A stretch of 63,641 nt of DNA, counting the filler, from Stramenopiles sp. TOSAG23-6 (lineage: Eukaryota): assembly GCA_900128565.1 (NCBI GenBank). It is 8 parts of 8 records of this genome, joined end to end, with 100 filler letters (N's around TTAATTAATTAA, not from the genome) between each part and the next. Parts side by side here need not be neighbours in the genome. Positions count along the whole stretch, not along the records: positions 23,967 to 31,850 come from LT636506.1; positions 31,951 to 39,816 come from LT636507.1; 6 more parts are not named here. One strand, written 5' to 3'. Under the pieces are notes generated by a model. The model was not told where the DNA came from and searched no databases. It saw nothing but the letters and a program-made list of their open reading frames with translations. How positions within the stretch are numbered: position 1 is the stretch's first letter; the number at the start of each line of letters is the position of its first letter. Both the position numbers and the translations under genes were made by a program. Below are positions 24,626 to 36,676 of the stretch, one piece after another.

Positions 24626-26107
24626 CTACAAACTAATTTTTTCTCTCATCATCTGTACCCAACTAAGTACTCGTAATTGTATGGAGGCATCTTCGCCACA
24701 AACGGATACATATAATGAGGCATTTTCATCTGTTGAATCTTTCGCTGCAACACTTGCTGCGAACTTTCGGCCATCGTGGCTGATCTTTCCTGAGCCACTC
24801 CCAAGGTTTGTATTTGAACTATCATCAAAAAGTGTCAAACGACCCATCACCTTTAACGAAGAATCTTCTATATGTTGCACATTCTTTATATCTTCTATAT
24901 TGCTTTTAATAAATGCGTTCTCCGGGCACTCTAAAAATATCCCAGTGTTATCACTCCTGTGAATGCCAGATACTCCAAGTTTATTTTTTGAGAAATCATT
25001 TTTTGTACTATTTTTTGTGGTGCTTTCAGATGTGGTATTTTCTGAGCAACGCAATAACGTTGGAAATCCATGAGTTGTATCATCAATTACGACTTCATTC
25101 AATTCTCCAGTAGCGGCATCAAGTTCTAGATCTACCTCAACCGGTGCTGCAATGGAAACAACTACAGAGCCTTTGACGTGAGTAGTTCTGAGAGAACTCG
25201 AGCCACTCAGGCTATCAAAATGAGCTTTAATACCACCGGTACCATTAGTTTCTGCAGAGATAGATCCCGAAATAGATCCAATATTCACATGTCCATCATT
25301 ACATTTTGCCTCACACGTACCTTGAACTGTACCAACAATTATATTACCAGATCCAATACTCGTTAAAGTTGATTTTTCAGAATATAATGCTGCCAAGTCT
25401 ATTCCAGAGGCCAATTTATTGGTTGCAGTAGATGACACGTAAACTTTTGGACCCATCAACAATTTCCCCTTTACACCGTGTAAACCACTGACAATGTCTA
25501 GATACCCTTCGACTGCAGAACCTATGCGAATTCCACCAAGCGGTCCAGAATGAAGTTTGACTAAAGGACCTCTCAGCTTATTCACATTGATGCTACCAGT
25601 TTTGCTACACGCTACTATTTCATCCCCCTCTATTTTGTCATGAACCGTAATATCTCCAGATGAGATGTCAATATTTAAGTTAAAATAAGTGGGTATCATA
25701 ACTCTAAGAATATTGTTATTAGTCTTTGTTTCGCTTACACTAGAAACTTTAGTATCGATACAAAGAACTTCGTTTTCGACTTTCCACTCTATCGGAATAG
25801 AACAATCACGATCTTTTTTACCACTCACGTCTACATGTTTTGCTTCTTCTTGGTATACTTCAATAACACACTCATCTTCCCACCAAGTTGGAAAAATTTC
25901 TACTTTTTGGAAGCAACCTTGATGGACGAAGTCACTTATTGACAAAGTACCTTGTCTTGCCACAACAACTCGTTCACTACATAACTGCTTCCATTCAGCA
26001 CCTAATTTTGTACTTGAACGAAGGTAGCTTGCAGAAGGATTATGAACAACTGTTGTAGATGCATTACGAATGGAAAAATTATTCAGACACTTTCGAATAC
26101 CAAACAT
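24626..26107 (-). CDS. DUF4097/FAM185A-like beta-helix repeat protein, probably mitochondrial
   Basis: Likely start MFGIRK (presequence-like); repeated SGDI/TGSI/DGHV/GGI turns. Confidence 0.55.
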   Translation of the reverse strand: MFGIRKCLNNFSIRNASTTVVHNPSASYLRSSTKLGAEWKQLCSERVVVARQGTLSISDFVHQGCFQKVEIFPTWWEDECVIEVYQEEAKHVDVSGKKDRDCSIPIEWKVENEVLCIDTKVSSVSETKTNNNILRVMIPTYFNLNIDISSGDITVHDKIEGDEIVACSKTGSINVNKLRGPLVKLHSGPLGGIRIGSAVEGYLDIVSGLHGVKGKLLMGPKVYVSSTATNKLASGIDLAALYSEKSTLTSIGSGNIIVGTVQGTCEAKCNDGHVNIGSISGSISAETNGTGGIKAHFDSLSGSSSLRTTHVKGSVVVSIAAPVEVDLELDAATGELNEVVIDDTTHGFPTLLRCSENTTSESTTKNSTKNDFSKNKLGVSGIHRSDNTGIFLECPENAFIKSNIEDIKNVQHIEDSSLKVMGRLTLFDDSSNTNLGSGSGKISHDGRKFAASVAAKDSTDENASLYVSVCGEDASIQLRVLSWVQMMREKISL

Positions 26108-27265
26108 TTTGCAAAGTGTTCCAATCGGCAAAGACACATAATAAAAAAGCTTGTTGTTGTTATGACGTCGCACGTGTGTGTCAAAAACACGAAATATGGG
26201 ATTAAAATATGAAATTTGAGATTCTTGGTGAAAGGAAGGCCATTTTTTATGTTTTGAATTAAGTAATGGTAAAGACTTTTTAAGTGGTGTAGATGAGTAA
26301 AAACTGTGTGATGAATGTTGAAATTGGGGTGTTATACAATCGCTCACAGTTAAATTAGCTTGCCGGTAGGTTTAAAACTATTTTCTATGTGGATGCATCT
26401 ATCTAAGCTGGAAGAAATATGATGCCTGATTCAAGGTGTGTGGTAGGCTTTACGTATATATAACGTAAAATTAATATATCTATTTCGACGAATATGGTCA
26501 TGAGTGGGGGAATAATGATTATAAAAGACTAAAGACAAAAGAGACGTAAATAGATTTGGATGCGTAAGGTTGTACAAATCGAGTTCAGTTTTGTTTCCTC
26601 GTTATAACTTAATATACTTAATATAGCTTTATTCAATAAAATATTGAGTTTATAATAACTATATTTTCGAGAATGATCATAATTATGAGCAAACTTTAGT
26701 CAACTTTTTTCTCTAGGTGTTTTTTCTTCTGCTCTTCAGTTAGATATCGACTAGCTTTATTGGCAGCGTGGATTCCTAAACTCGCGTGCTCATCGTGGGT
26801 CATCTTTTCCGCATTTTTGCTACTCATAAAAAAAAAGAGCAGTATTGGAAGTAATATCCAAATGAATCCGTTATCAACTGTCATGAAATTGTCTGTAAGG
26901 GTAAATTTGTTTTTGTTTTAACAAATGTGTGTGTTTCAAAAGATTTCCCCGGTCGTTTCTGCCTTGCCTTCTTTTAGATATAGTATGATATGAAATAGAA
27001 ACGTATCTTTGCGCTTGCAGCCGCTTGCCTTGGCTTGCCTGCATCAAGATTTCGTGTCGTGCGACTCGTTTCAAAATATATTAAACAGCAGGTTTGTCAG
27101 AGTCAATCAATGGCCAAATTGAAATTGGCTCTCGCCACGCGTGTCTTCCTCCATTTTTTGACTACTCAAACGGAGCGAGAAGCCTAGTTTTCCCTGGGGA
27201 AGTATAAGTGCTTTAGAGGTGGCGACATTAGTCTCTAGTTATAAGACAGGTAGAATACTTTTACG

Positions 27266-29931
27266 ATGGCGGGTGGACAAGTTAACATGCCGGAAATCCT
27301 GGCCAACTGTCAGGTTCCAAACGACGAGATTCGTAATCACGCGGAGAAAATGTTGACCGATATGCGGAACAGCAACCTTGGTGCTTTTGTGTCTTTACTC
27401 GCCCAAGAACTCTGTGTTGAGGGTAAGAATGTTCAACTACGTCAGCTCGCTGGTTTACAGCTTAAGAATACATTGGATGCTCAAGATGAGGCGCTTGCTC
27501 AGCAACGTGCTGATGCCTGGCTTTCTGTTGCTCCAGAGATTCGCGCCAAAGTAAAACATGGGGTTTTAACAACACTTCAATCTCCTGACCACAAAGCTGC
27601 CCATACATGTGCCCAGGTGATAGCAAAAATCGCACGAATTGAGTTTCCAGCTGGTAAATGGAACGAGCTTGTGCCAACACTCCTGCAAAATGTACAACAG
27701 GAAGCAAACGACGGTTTAGTTCAATCTTCCCTTCAGTCTCTAGGGTATTTCTGCGAAGAGGTCGACGCTGACAGTATACAGCAAACAGTTGTTGATCAGA
27801 TTCTTACCGCTATTGTACAAGGCACAAAACGTCAGAAGTCAAAGGATATTGTCCATGCAGGAGCGATGGCCATGCTTCACGCGTTGGACTTTGTCCACGC
27901 TAATTTTACTAAAAAGCAGGAACGCGATGCTATCATGAGTGCCATTATGACTACTTCGTTAAATCATGAAGAGAAAGTACGCGTTGTTGCATATGAGTGT
28001 ATTGGACAGGTAGCGAGCTTATACTATGAACATCTCCGAGATTATATGCAAGATCTTTTTAAAATGACTTTTAACACTGTTCGAACAGACTCTCCCACAG
28101 TGGGTATGCAAGCCCTTGAGTTTTGGTCTACTCTGTGTGACACTGAGCTCGGAATCATAGATATGAAGGAAAATGGTGAAGAAACTATTGCATGTGCCCA
28201 TTACATCAAAGGTGCGTTGCATCCTCTTGTGGAGCTGTTGACCGAAACATTAACTAAACAAGATGATGTTCAAGATGATGATACTTGGAATATTGCAATG
28301 GCTGGTGGTACTTGTCTTTCTCTTGCTGCTCAAGTTGTTCGTGACGATATTGTTCCTAAAATCACACCTTTTATTCACCGAAATATTCGCGATCCAAATT
28401 GGCGCAAACGTGAAGCTGCAATGCTTGCATTCGGTTCGATAATGGAAGGTCCCGATGAACGTACATTGGGTCCTATGTATGTTTTCAAAATTGAATTTCT
28501 AATTTATTTATTTTTCATACGAAATTTTGTACCTAACGAATTTCGAATGTAACATTTTTTTTTTCACAATACATGGTGGAACAAGCATTACCTTTATTAC
28601 TGAATCTGATGAAAACCGATACCGATTCGAGAGTGAAGGACACTACTGCGTGGACTATTGGTCGTATTTGTGGGTTACATATTGGAGCTGTAAAACCAGG
28701 AATGTGGCCAGAGCTAATGCATGTATTGATGCATTCTCAGAATGATGAACCACGAGTTGCTGCCAACATATGCTTCGCTTGTAATAATTTAGCTCAATCG
28801 ATGGAAGAATTCTCTGATAATGAAGGAAGTAATGCTCTATCGCCATACTTCAAAGGACTTGTGGAAAAACTTTTATCTACTGCTGATCGAGACGATTGGG
28901 ATATAAATAACTTACGAGTATCAGCATATGAAGCAGTGAATATGTTGGTGTCTAGTGCTGCTGAGGATATGAAACCTCTCATTAAAGAATTAGTGCCTTA
29001 TTTCTGCGGGAAGTTGAACGATTCTCTAAATTTTAAGATAGTCACTACGGATGACAAAGATGAACACTATCAGTTGCAAGCTCTTTTGTGTGGTACAATA
29101 CAGACTGCGATAAATCGTCTGGATGATGAGATAAAGTCACAAGCTGATACAATAATGAAACTTTTATTAAGGGTATTTAGCTGCAACTCGGCTACAGCTC
29201 ACGAAGAAGCATACATGGCCATTGGAGCTCTAGCAAATGCGGTTGAACAAGACTTTGATAGGTATATGAATGTATTTGTGCCATTTCTTAAACGAGGTCT
29301 CGAACGTCACGATGAGCACCAGGTGTGTGTCGTTGCCGCTGGAGTAGTTGGTGATGTGACACGAGCGTTAGAGCAAAAGGTCACTCCTTACTGTAAAGAT
29401 ATAATGGCACTCCTTATCCAAAATCTCCAAAATTCTAATCTTGACCGTGCTGTGAAACCTCCAATACTCGGTGTTTTTGGAGATATTGCATTGGCTATCG
29501 GAGGTGACTTCAATTTCTTTTTGCCAGTTGTTATGACAATGCTTCACCAGGCTGGTAAAATTCCTACTCCTGATGATGCAGATGAAGATATGGTTGAGTA
29601 TATAGCCACTCTGCGAGAAAACATACTCGATGCTTATGCAGGAATTATCCAGGGTATGCATGAAGGCAATCAAGCTGCAATGCTCGCTCCATTTGCTGAC
29701 CAAATTGGTCAGTTTCTTGGCACAGTTTCAATGGATCCTCAAAGAGATGATGCTACTAGTCGCTCTATTGCCGGTGTGTTAGGTGATTTAGCAATGTCTT
29801 TGGGAAGTAGGGTAAAACCAATCGTGACTCATCAGTTTGCACAGGGTGTCCTTGGAGATTGCAAAAATTCTCCAAATGAAGATACGCGTGAAATGGGGAA
29901 ATGGGCGACTACTAAAATTTTGGAACTCTGA
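27266..29931 (+). CDS. KPNB1: Importin subunit beta-1 (~855 aa); exons 27266-28476 and 28575-29931
   Basis: RQLAGLQLKN, QALEFWST, AGGTCL, WRKREAAMLAFGSIMEGP, VKDTTAWTIGRIC. The spliced junction GPDERTLGPM-VEQALP is colinear with importin beta. Confidence 0.93.
28477..28574 (+). other. Family intron, GT-AT, 98 nt
   Basis: CCTAT|GTATGT ... CATACGAAATTTTGTACCTAAC ... CACAATACAT|G. No AG inside the intron; the first downstream AG gives a frameshift. Confidence 0.88.
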
Positions 29932-30222
29932 AGACTTCACACTCATATCAAATTAGTGAAAGTATAGAGATAAAATATAGAAATGATCTATTTACTTCAG
30001 CAGACGTGCATGTTTGCAGCAAATATGGAATGGACTTTTCTTTTTTGTCAAAGTCGAAGCTTTAGATGCTTTGAGAAGTATAATGTTTTTGAATAATATT
30101 ACTACTTCAAGCTTTCAAACTTCTAATAAAAGATATCACANTGNANTTNAAAAAGCNTTCTANGTATTGTATAAATCAATTTATTTTTGTAATTGTCCGT
30201 TACTTTGCAACACGCCAGTTAT

Positions 30223-31800
30223 TCATTCAGTAATATCCTTTGGAGGCAATAGGTTTTTTCTCATAATGTATCCATCGTCGGTGATAGGTATGACATATTT
30301 TGATATGTGTTTAGGTGATTGTTTTGGCAAGGATAGCCCAATTGGCATTGGCACCCCAAGTGATCTAATCCCTATATAATGACACAACTCATCGAATAAT
30401 ATAAACCCATCGTTTTTATCATCGAGAACTCTGAATTCAGCAAAATATTCTTTAGTAGAAAGTCGAGCTCCAAGTCTATGTAACCCATCACGAAACTCAT
30501 TTATATCTATTTTTTTGTCATCATGACTTGTACTAACAGTTAGATCCATCGAATTAGTATTACTATTTACTCCAAAGACATGCCATAATTTATCAAAGAA
30601 AAAAATATTTCGTAATAAAGCTGCAAATTCGTGTTTTTTAATCCATGTTTCTTCAGTAGAGCCACCTGATTTTCGTACTGTAAAATGAAATGCACTCACC
30701 AAAGCTTCCTCATTATTAAATCCTTTAAACCCTGGTATACATGTGATAAATGTAAGCATACTCAGAATTGAACATACACCAGTCTCCTTAGTAACTACAG
30801 TATCCCAAATTTGACAAAGTTTCGCTTGATTTTGTAAAAAAGAATTTATTTTTTCATCACATTCCGATCGATTTTCAAGAAAGAACTTTCGTAGTCCAAT
30901 TGCATCTGATACTTCAGTTTCAACTACATTTTTCGTTACATTGTTCATTGAATTCTGATTATCTAGATTTTGTGGTTTTTGTTTTCGTTTTCGTTTGTAT
31001 CTTTTACTTTTGTATTTGGAAACATGTTTGTTTATTCTGTGTGTTTTATATTTTAATTCGTATCCTTTTCTCATTTTATAAAAAATGTTACTTCTTTGTT
31101 TATACACACATGCATACCGGTGTTTGCTCTGCTTCGTCGGTTGCATATACCCCGGTATCTTCCTGTTGTGGCTATTTTGATACGTATTTTCTGTCATTAT
31201 TGGTGTTTGAGCATTCGTATCAACAGTTATATTTTCATACGTATTTTTGGTCATTATTGGTGTTTGAGCAGTCGTATCAACAGTTATATTCTCATACGTG
31301 TTTTTGGTCATCATTGGTGTTTGAGCAGTGGTATCAACTGTTACATGTCTGATTGGAACTGTCTGTGTATTACTTTTCCTAACAAGAGGACTATCTACTG
31401 CGTTGGAATCAGTATTACTCGGCATTCTCATTCGCGCAACTTCTTGTACAATATTTGCCATCTCCTCAAGACGGTTTGTTGGTATGTTTGTAAATGACTT
31501 TAGCAACATTTGTTCTACATTGATGTTGTTATTTGATTCGGTTTTATCTTCCAAAACTCGTTTTAAAGCTATTTCTAGTTTCAAGAAATTTTCTAGTTGG
31601 GGTTTCTCTTCCGTGAAATACGGAGATTTCGCAATAATCTCGTTATCATTTTGTTTGATAAAAAATGTTTTGGAGTTATTCCGGTGAGCGCCATTCACAG
31701 ATGTCACTTGTTTCATTTTCACATTCCATGCTACTGATGGATGCTCTTTTTGTATCTTTGCTTGTTTATCTTGATAACTTTCTGCTTTTGATTCATTCAT
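30223..31800 (-). CDS. EF-hand protein (flagellar calcium-binding-like C-terminus), probably 5'-truncated
   Basis: DDKKIDINEF, EFRVLDDKNDGFILFDELC; the contig ends in a repeat upstream. Confidence 0.6.
   Translation of the reverse strand: MNESKAESYQDKQAKIQKEHPSVAWNVKMKQVTSVNGAHRNNSKTFFIKQNDNEIIAKSPYFTEEKPQLENFLKLEIALKRVLEDKTESNNNINVEQMLLKSFTNIPTNRLEEMANIVQEVARMRMPSNTDSNAVDSPLVRKSNTQTVPIRHVTVDTTAQTPMMTKNTYENITVDTTAQTPIMTKNTYENITVDTNAQTPIMTENTYQNSHNRKIPGYMQPTKQSKHRYACVYKQRSNIFYKMRKGYELKYKTHRINKHVSKYKSKRYKRKRKQKPQNLDNQNSMNNVTKNVVETEVSDAIGLRKFFLENRSECDEKINSFLQNQAKLCQIWDTVVTKETGVCSILSMLTFITCIPGFKGFNNEEALVSAFHFTVRKSGGSTEETWIKKHEFAALLRNIFFFDKLWHVFGVNSNTNSMDLTVSTSHDDKKIDINEFRDGLHRLGARLSTKEYFAEFRVLDDKNDGFILFDELCHYIGIRSLGVPMPIGLSLPKQSPKHISKYVIPITDDGYIMRKNLLPPKDITE
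31175..31345 (-). repeat. Coding tandem repeat, 57-bp unit x3
   Basis: ITVDTTAQTPIMTKNTYEN-like unit three times; boundaries approximate. Confidence 0.75.
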
Positions 31801-32010
31801 ATTTACATTCCATGCTACTGATGGATGCTCTTTTTGTATTTTTGCTTGTTNNNNNNNNNNNNNNNNNNNNNNNNNNNNNNNNNNNNNNNNNNNNTTAATT
31901 AATTAANNNNNNNNNNNNNNNNNNNNNNNNNNNNNNNNNNNNNNNNNNNNGTTAGGTACAAAATTTCGTACGAAAAATAAATTCGAAATTGAAAAAAAAA
32001 TAAAACGTAC

Positions 32011-34635
32011 ATGTGACGTTCTTCCATTAATGTAAATGTTAACCCTCCATGTTGACCAAATGATCCAAGTAATGTCTCTTCTCTCATTTCCATACCCCAA
32101 AAAATCCAAGGATCGCTTGAACGTTCAAATAAATTAAAGTACTTTTTTGAGCGTATTGAATCCATACCTAAGAAATTTGGTAATTTGTTTTGTGTTTTTC
32201 TATTCGGTAATAAAGTTTGTAGCTCTGATATGCTGAGGAAAGCATATTCTTCGGGTATCTTTTCAAACCCACCAAAAAATGCTGATAAAAAAGGAATAAT
32301 TACAAAATGTCGAATATGACTAGATAAAGTGTTTCTTTCATCATATTGTATCGATTTATCTTTGCATTCACCATCAATCTTATCTTCGTCTGATGAATGC
32401 ATATTTTTCCTTTCTACCTCTTCAACAAATCCATTCACTGCATTTCTCATTCGGCGGAGAAATATTTGCTTGGCTACTCTAATGACGATTTCACGGCGTA
32501 TTAAATTTTGTACTTGTTGTGGGAGATCTTCTCTCATGTATTTTGGAAAAATATTTGAAAAAAATCGTTAGATACAAAATTTCGTACGAAAAAAAAAACG
32601 AATTTGAAAAAAAATTAAAACTTTCAGTACACGACCAAGACACCATAATGGACAACCGTGTTTGTGAAGTACATGGACGAGTTGAGAAGAATGTGTCACG
32701 CAATCTCCTGTCAAATAATCTAATTTTGGTATACTTTCTCTATTTGTTGCTGTACTTGATGGCGAGGATGAGTTATTGTCTCGTGGGGTAGATGAGGTGC
32801 TATTATTTCTAGTATTTGAAGAAATTTTCGTCCAGCCAACATTCAAAGCTTTAACAAGAGATGGTATGACAGTACCTTCAAAATATTGCGCAGATTCACT
32901 TAGTTGAATTAACTCGTTTGGATATTCTAATTGATTTTTTTGATTTAAAGTTCTTGGATTACAAATACGTGTATTATTTAATTCATATGGAGAAATAGCA
33001 GATGTCCAAGGAGATGCTAGTAATAAAGGCAACAACGATGAATTTTTTTTTTTTCGAGATTGATCTGTTTGAGAGGTTCTACTCATACGATACATTTCCG
33101 ATAATTCCGGTCGCATTCTTCTTGTTGATAAAACATGACCACTAGGATACTGCTCTCGCAACACCACAGCATTACCAGGTGGCACATTTCGTGCATTTAT
33201 CTGTAATAAAGAAGCAATACGATCATTTGCTACTCTTGACCGTAGTCGTATGGCTGCCGATTTTTCCTCAGAATCTGTAATTTGTGGCCATCCACGTGAG
33301 TACACTGCAATATATTCACCTGGTATCTCTTCACCACCACGTACATCAACAAATTTGTTACAGTTTTGTTGCGCAGGACATGAAATTCCCTTAGCACTCA
33401 TCCAACTAGGTCCTCTTCGCCCACACATACCCAAAGGCAACCGAGGTCGTTTCGAAATGGTGCCATACACATTATATGCCTGTAGAATTGCTCGAAGTTC
33501 AGATTTCCACTCTATACTTTGCGTCGCTGATATCGAAATCGGTTCTATTGGTTTGGTTGTATTTGATGGTACATATAAAGCTCTGAGAGGATTTGAAATA
33601 CTTTGAGGTCTTGATGGCAAAAGTGGCGGAGACAGTAAAGTCCCGCCTACAGCATAGTAATATGCTTCTGTTTCTGTCATTTTCCCAGGTAGAGACTTCT
33701 GAGCTTCATAAAACATTATGGAGGGTAAAACTATTCTATTGGAAGCATCACGAATACCTTCAATGCCCAATGTATCACTCAATTTAGTTAAAATATTATT
33801 TAAAACAGAACTACGATTATGAGCTACAATGAACCCAAGGTCACCAGAACACGGATGGAATGGACGAATTGATGCTACATTTTCACTGTCTATAGATTGC
33901 ATACTTAGTGGTAATATCATTGGTGGTGGTGGGGGGGGGGGGGGTCGTTTGCCGATAATAGGTTTTATAGCTGGTTTCCATTTAACTGTTTTAGGACACC
34001 ATGTATTTTGGAAAAATATTTGAAAAAAAAATAAATTTTTGTTAGGTACAAAATTTCGTACGAAAAAAAATTCGATTTTTTTGTTTAAAAAAAAAATAAA
34101 ACGTACATGTGACTGGTCGAAAACCATAAATCATTGCAGGTTTGAGTATATATCCATTCATTCCATATAAATCTTCGACAACTTTCTCTGCGTTTTTTTT
34201 TCCATCCCAATAACCACGAAGAAATGGTTTAGATAATTCTATTTCTGCAGCAGAAATAAAAACAAAACGAGGACAACTTTTAATGTTTTTCGCGGCTGAA
34301 ATGTTTGTGTCTCCGTTGATTTGTACCATTTGTTTATTATTTCCAAATCCTCCAATACACGCTACAGCTGCAGTAACATCTTTTAAACTACGATGTGTAC
34401 ACCACTCTTCTTTTTGTAAGACATCGCATTTGATCCATTTGATATCATTCGTCCAGAGTGGATCAACTCCTTTTATTTTTCGTACTGGAGGCCCAGATCT
34501 ATTTATACTAATAACTTTTGCACCCATCGATAGTAACTTACGACATACTGCTCCACCAACATAACCATTGCCACCAAATACAACCACTTTATGACCAATC
34601 ATGATATAGTATAGATAATATATCAATACTTTCAA
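32011..34635 (-). CDS. NAD(P)-binding epimerase/SDR domain joined to a Clu-like region; exons 34635-34107, 34000-32626, 32535-32011; 3'-truncated
   Basis: VVVFGGNGYVG, RFVFISA, YWDGKKNAE, LKPAMIYG; downstream MRPEL, LHKHGCPLWCLGRV, EIVIRVAKQIF resemble Clu motifs. Exact start codon uncertain. Confidence 0.55.
32536..32625 (-). other. Family intron with apparent GA donor (GA-AT), 90 nt
   Basis: CT|GAAAGTTTTAATTTTTTTTCAAATTCG is colinear with GTACGTTTTATTTTTTTTTCAATTTCG of a sister copy; phase 2 matches the acceptor. Confidence 0.55.
34001..34106 (-). other. Family intron, GT-AT, 106 nt
   Basis: ACAT|GTACGT ... CGTACGAAATTTTGTACCTAAC ... CCAAAATACAT|GG; phase 1 on both sides. Confidence 0.8.
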
Positions 34636-34897
34636 TAAAATGACTGTACAGAAACAATTTTGTCAAGAAACACACTATTTAATGTAGGTTGGTTTTACGA
34701 TAAAACAAGAACACAAAAGTCATGTGAACAAAAAAGGAAAAAAGTCGTTCGAGAAACACGTGTCAAAAAAAAAAATTAAAAAAATTCGGGCAAAGCAAAT
34801 CGGCAAATCCGGGGATAAAATAAATATAAATAATAATAAATTCATAATGAAATACGTCTATCTTTACTCTTGAACTCTACAATGTAATTTGATTCCA

Positions 34898-36325
34898 TCA
34901 TTGTGTAACTGAATCCTCCACAACATCAATAATGTACTTTGGTAATATTGCTTCTGTATCCCGAACGCTTCCCACGGTTGGATCTTCTTTTGGTTTCACG
35001 ACTTTCGCCATAATGATAGGGATACCCGTTTTAGACGACTTTGGTCCATTGGCTGATTTAGCGTTTCCAATTGCTTCAACAACTTCAGGCGTTATTTTAT
35101 TTTCACTACTTTTTTTAAAACCTGTCTTAACAATTAGGCGTGTGTGTTTAATATCGGTCCCAAAAAAATTCCATACCGCTTCTGTTTCAACATCAGAATC
35201 TTTCATTGCTGCCTTTGATGATTCAAAAATTTCAAGTACCGAGTCGCTATGACAATCATGTATAGCCTTAATGTTCATCGTACCCCCGTGCTTTTTGTAT
35301 ATTTTTTTTACAAGGTTAAATGTTTTTTGACTATCTTCATCACTTGTAGGATCATCGGGTAGAATTGCATTACAATAAAATTTTGATGTCATGTTTATGC
35401 TGATCAAAATTATTGGAACAATAATATCGGCAAGAACCAACATTACACAAAGCACCATAAGTGGGTTAGCTTTAATTTTTTGAAAGACGCCTTTCTTATT
35501 TGTTTCTGAACTTTTTTCTCCTTGACTTTCTTCATCTCCTAGATTTTTGTTTTCACTTTCAACGGGGCGGACTACTTTTTTATTTTCAAAAGTGTCAACT
35601 AGGCGTGCTTTTTCATCCATTGTTTCATCTTCGATGTTGACAACAGTTGACCTTTCGTCCTCAATACCATTAGGAGTAGTGCCACCATCAGGAGTAGTGC
35701 CCTTATTGGGTGTTTTTTGACTTGTTGTAGCTGTTTTGGTCGAGAAATATCGATCGTACAGAGCTGGATTAGTCAGATCGATTGTTTCACGCGGCTGATC
35801 ATTACTGACGTGTCCAACATATTTATCTCCAACAAATTCTGGCAGATCATAATGGTGATCATATAATGTGTCTTCAGTAAGATCCTGACTTTGAACTGGT
35901 TCATGCTTGTGACCATCGTCATCAGGTGGTAAATATTCTGTTATTAGACTTGTTTTTCTTACAGCAAAGTGAATGTGTTCCTCTTGTTCAGGAGGAGATA
36001 CTGAATTAGTCGTAGACTTTGTCTCCCCGTAGAACTTCGGATCTGTGAGATCGACTCTTTTTCTAGGTTGTTTTGGTTGATTTTTCCGTATTTTACGTTG
36101 TTGAGAGAGTCGGCGTTTTTTTATCATCTTTTTATTTTCAGTCGCCTTCATTTCTGAAGAAAACGTCGGTTTTGTTAGAGTACTTCTTGATTCTGAAGAC
36201 TTTTGAGGTGTAAATTCTTCTGAAATATCAACCGGAGCATCTCCATAGAATTTGGGATCTGTAAGATCAATTCTGGCTCTTGGTTGATGAGAATGTGTTG
36301 TTGTGGACATTGCTATTATAGACAA
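34898..36325 (-). CDS. Hypothetical single-pass membrane protein
   Basis: 475 aa ORF; one hydrophobic span (LMVLCVMLVLADIIVPIILISI); (I/V)DLT(D/N)P..Y motif three times. Confidence 0.55.
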   Translation of the reverse strand: MSIIAMSTTTHSHQPRARIDLTDPKFYGDAPVDISEEFTPQKSSESRSTLTKPTFSSEMKATENKKMIKKRRLSQQRKIRKNQPKQPRKRVDLTDPKFYGETKSTTNSVSPPEQEEHIHFAVRKTSLITEYLPPDDDGHKHEPVQSQDLTEDTLYDHHYDLPEFVGDKYVGHVSNDQPRETIDLTNPALYDRYFSTKTATTSQKTPNKGTTPDGGTTPNGIEDERSTVVNIEDETMDEKARLVDTFENKKVVRPVESENKNLGDEESQGEKSSETNKKGVFQKIKANPLMVLCVMLVLADIIVPIILISINMTSKFYCNAILPDDPTSDEDSQKTFNLVKKIYKKHGGTMNIKAIHDCHSDSVLEIFESSKAAMKDSDVETEAVWNFFGTDIKHTRLIVKTGFKKSSENKITPEVVEAIGNAKSANGPKSSKTGIPIIMAKVVKPKEDPTVGSVRDTEAILPKYIIDVVEDSVTQ

Positions 36326-36676
36326 TGTTGTTATTTTTGGAATATTGTAATGGTATTGATTTCACTCTCTCGAGCTGTCGCCAAAGTAAGATACGTTTTA
36401 ACGGAAATTTTTACATTTTACAGCTTAGATACGGCTAGGGTTAGGGTTTCGGTGGTAGTATTTTTTTTTATACATCAACACGTGATTGTCGTGTGTATCA
36501 CACTACACCTTGTGTTCCATTATCAAAAAGTACAACGAATAGTAAGAGTTATTCATATTGTTTAATTTACTTTTCTGAATATTGTAATAGAACATTTTCA
36601 AGCTAATTTGATACATTACATACATACTCTTTGCAGAAAAAAGTCATATTATTTTCAGTGTATACGTACTATCATC

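Noticed and set aside
26696-27074. Two short minus-strand ORFs upstream of importin beta
   Set aside because: Possibly a small spliced gene, but I could not find a supported structure or motif.
28475-28572. Reading the introns as U12-type AT-AC (ATGTATGT..AATAC)
   Set aside because: It gives the same mRNA only where the exon ends in AT. In other copies the shifted start would be CT, TT or AA, and at 37272 it would change the conserved Phe to Leu. The U12 signals RTATCCT and TCCTTAAC are absent.
27266-29931. Split ORFs as frameshifted pseudogenes or an alternative genetic code
   Set aside because: Each break coincides with a family insert whose removal restores an intact conserved protein in the standard code.
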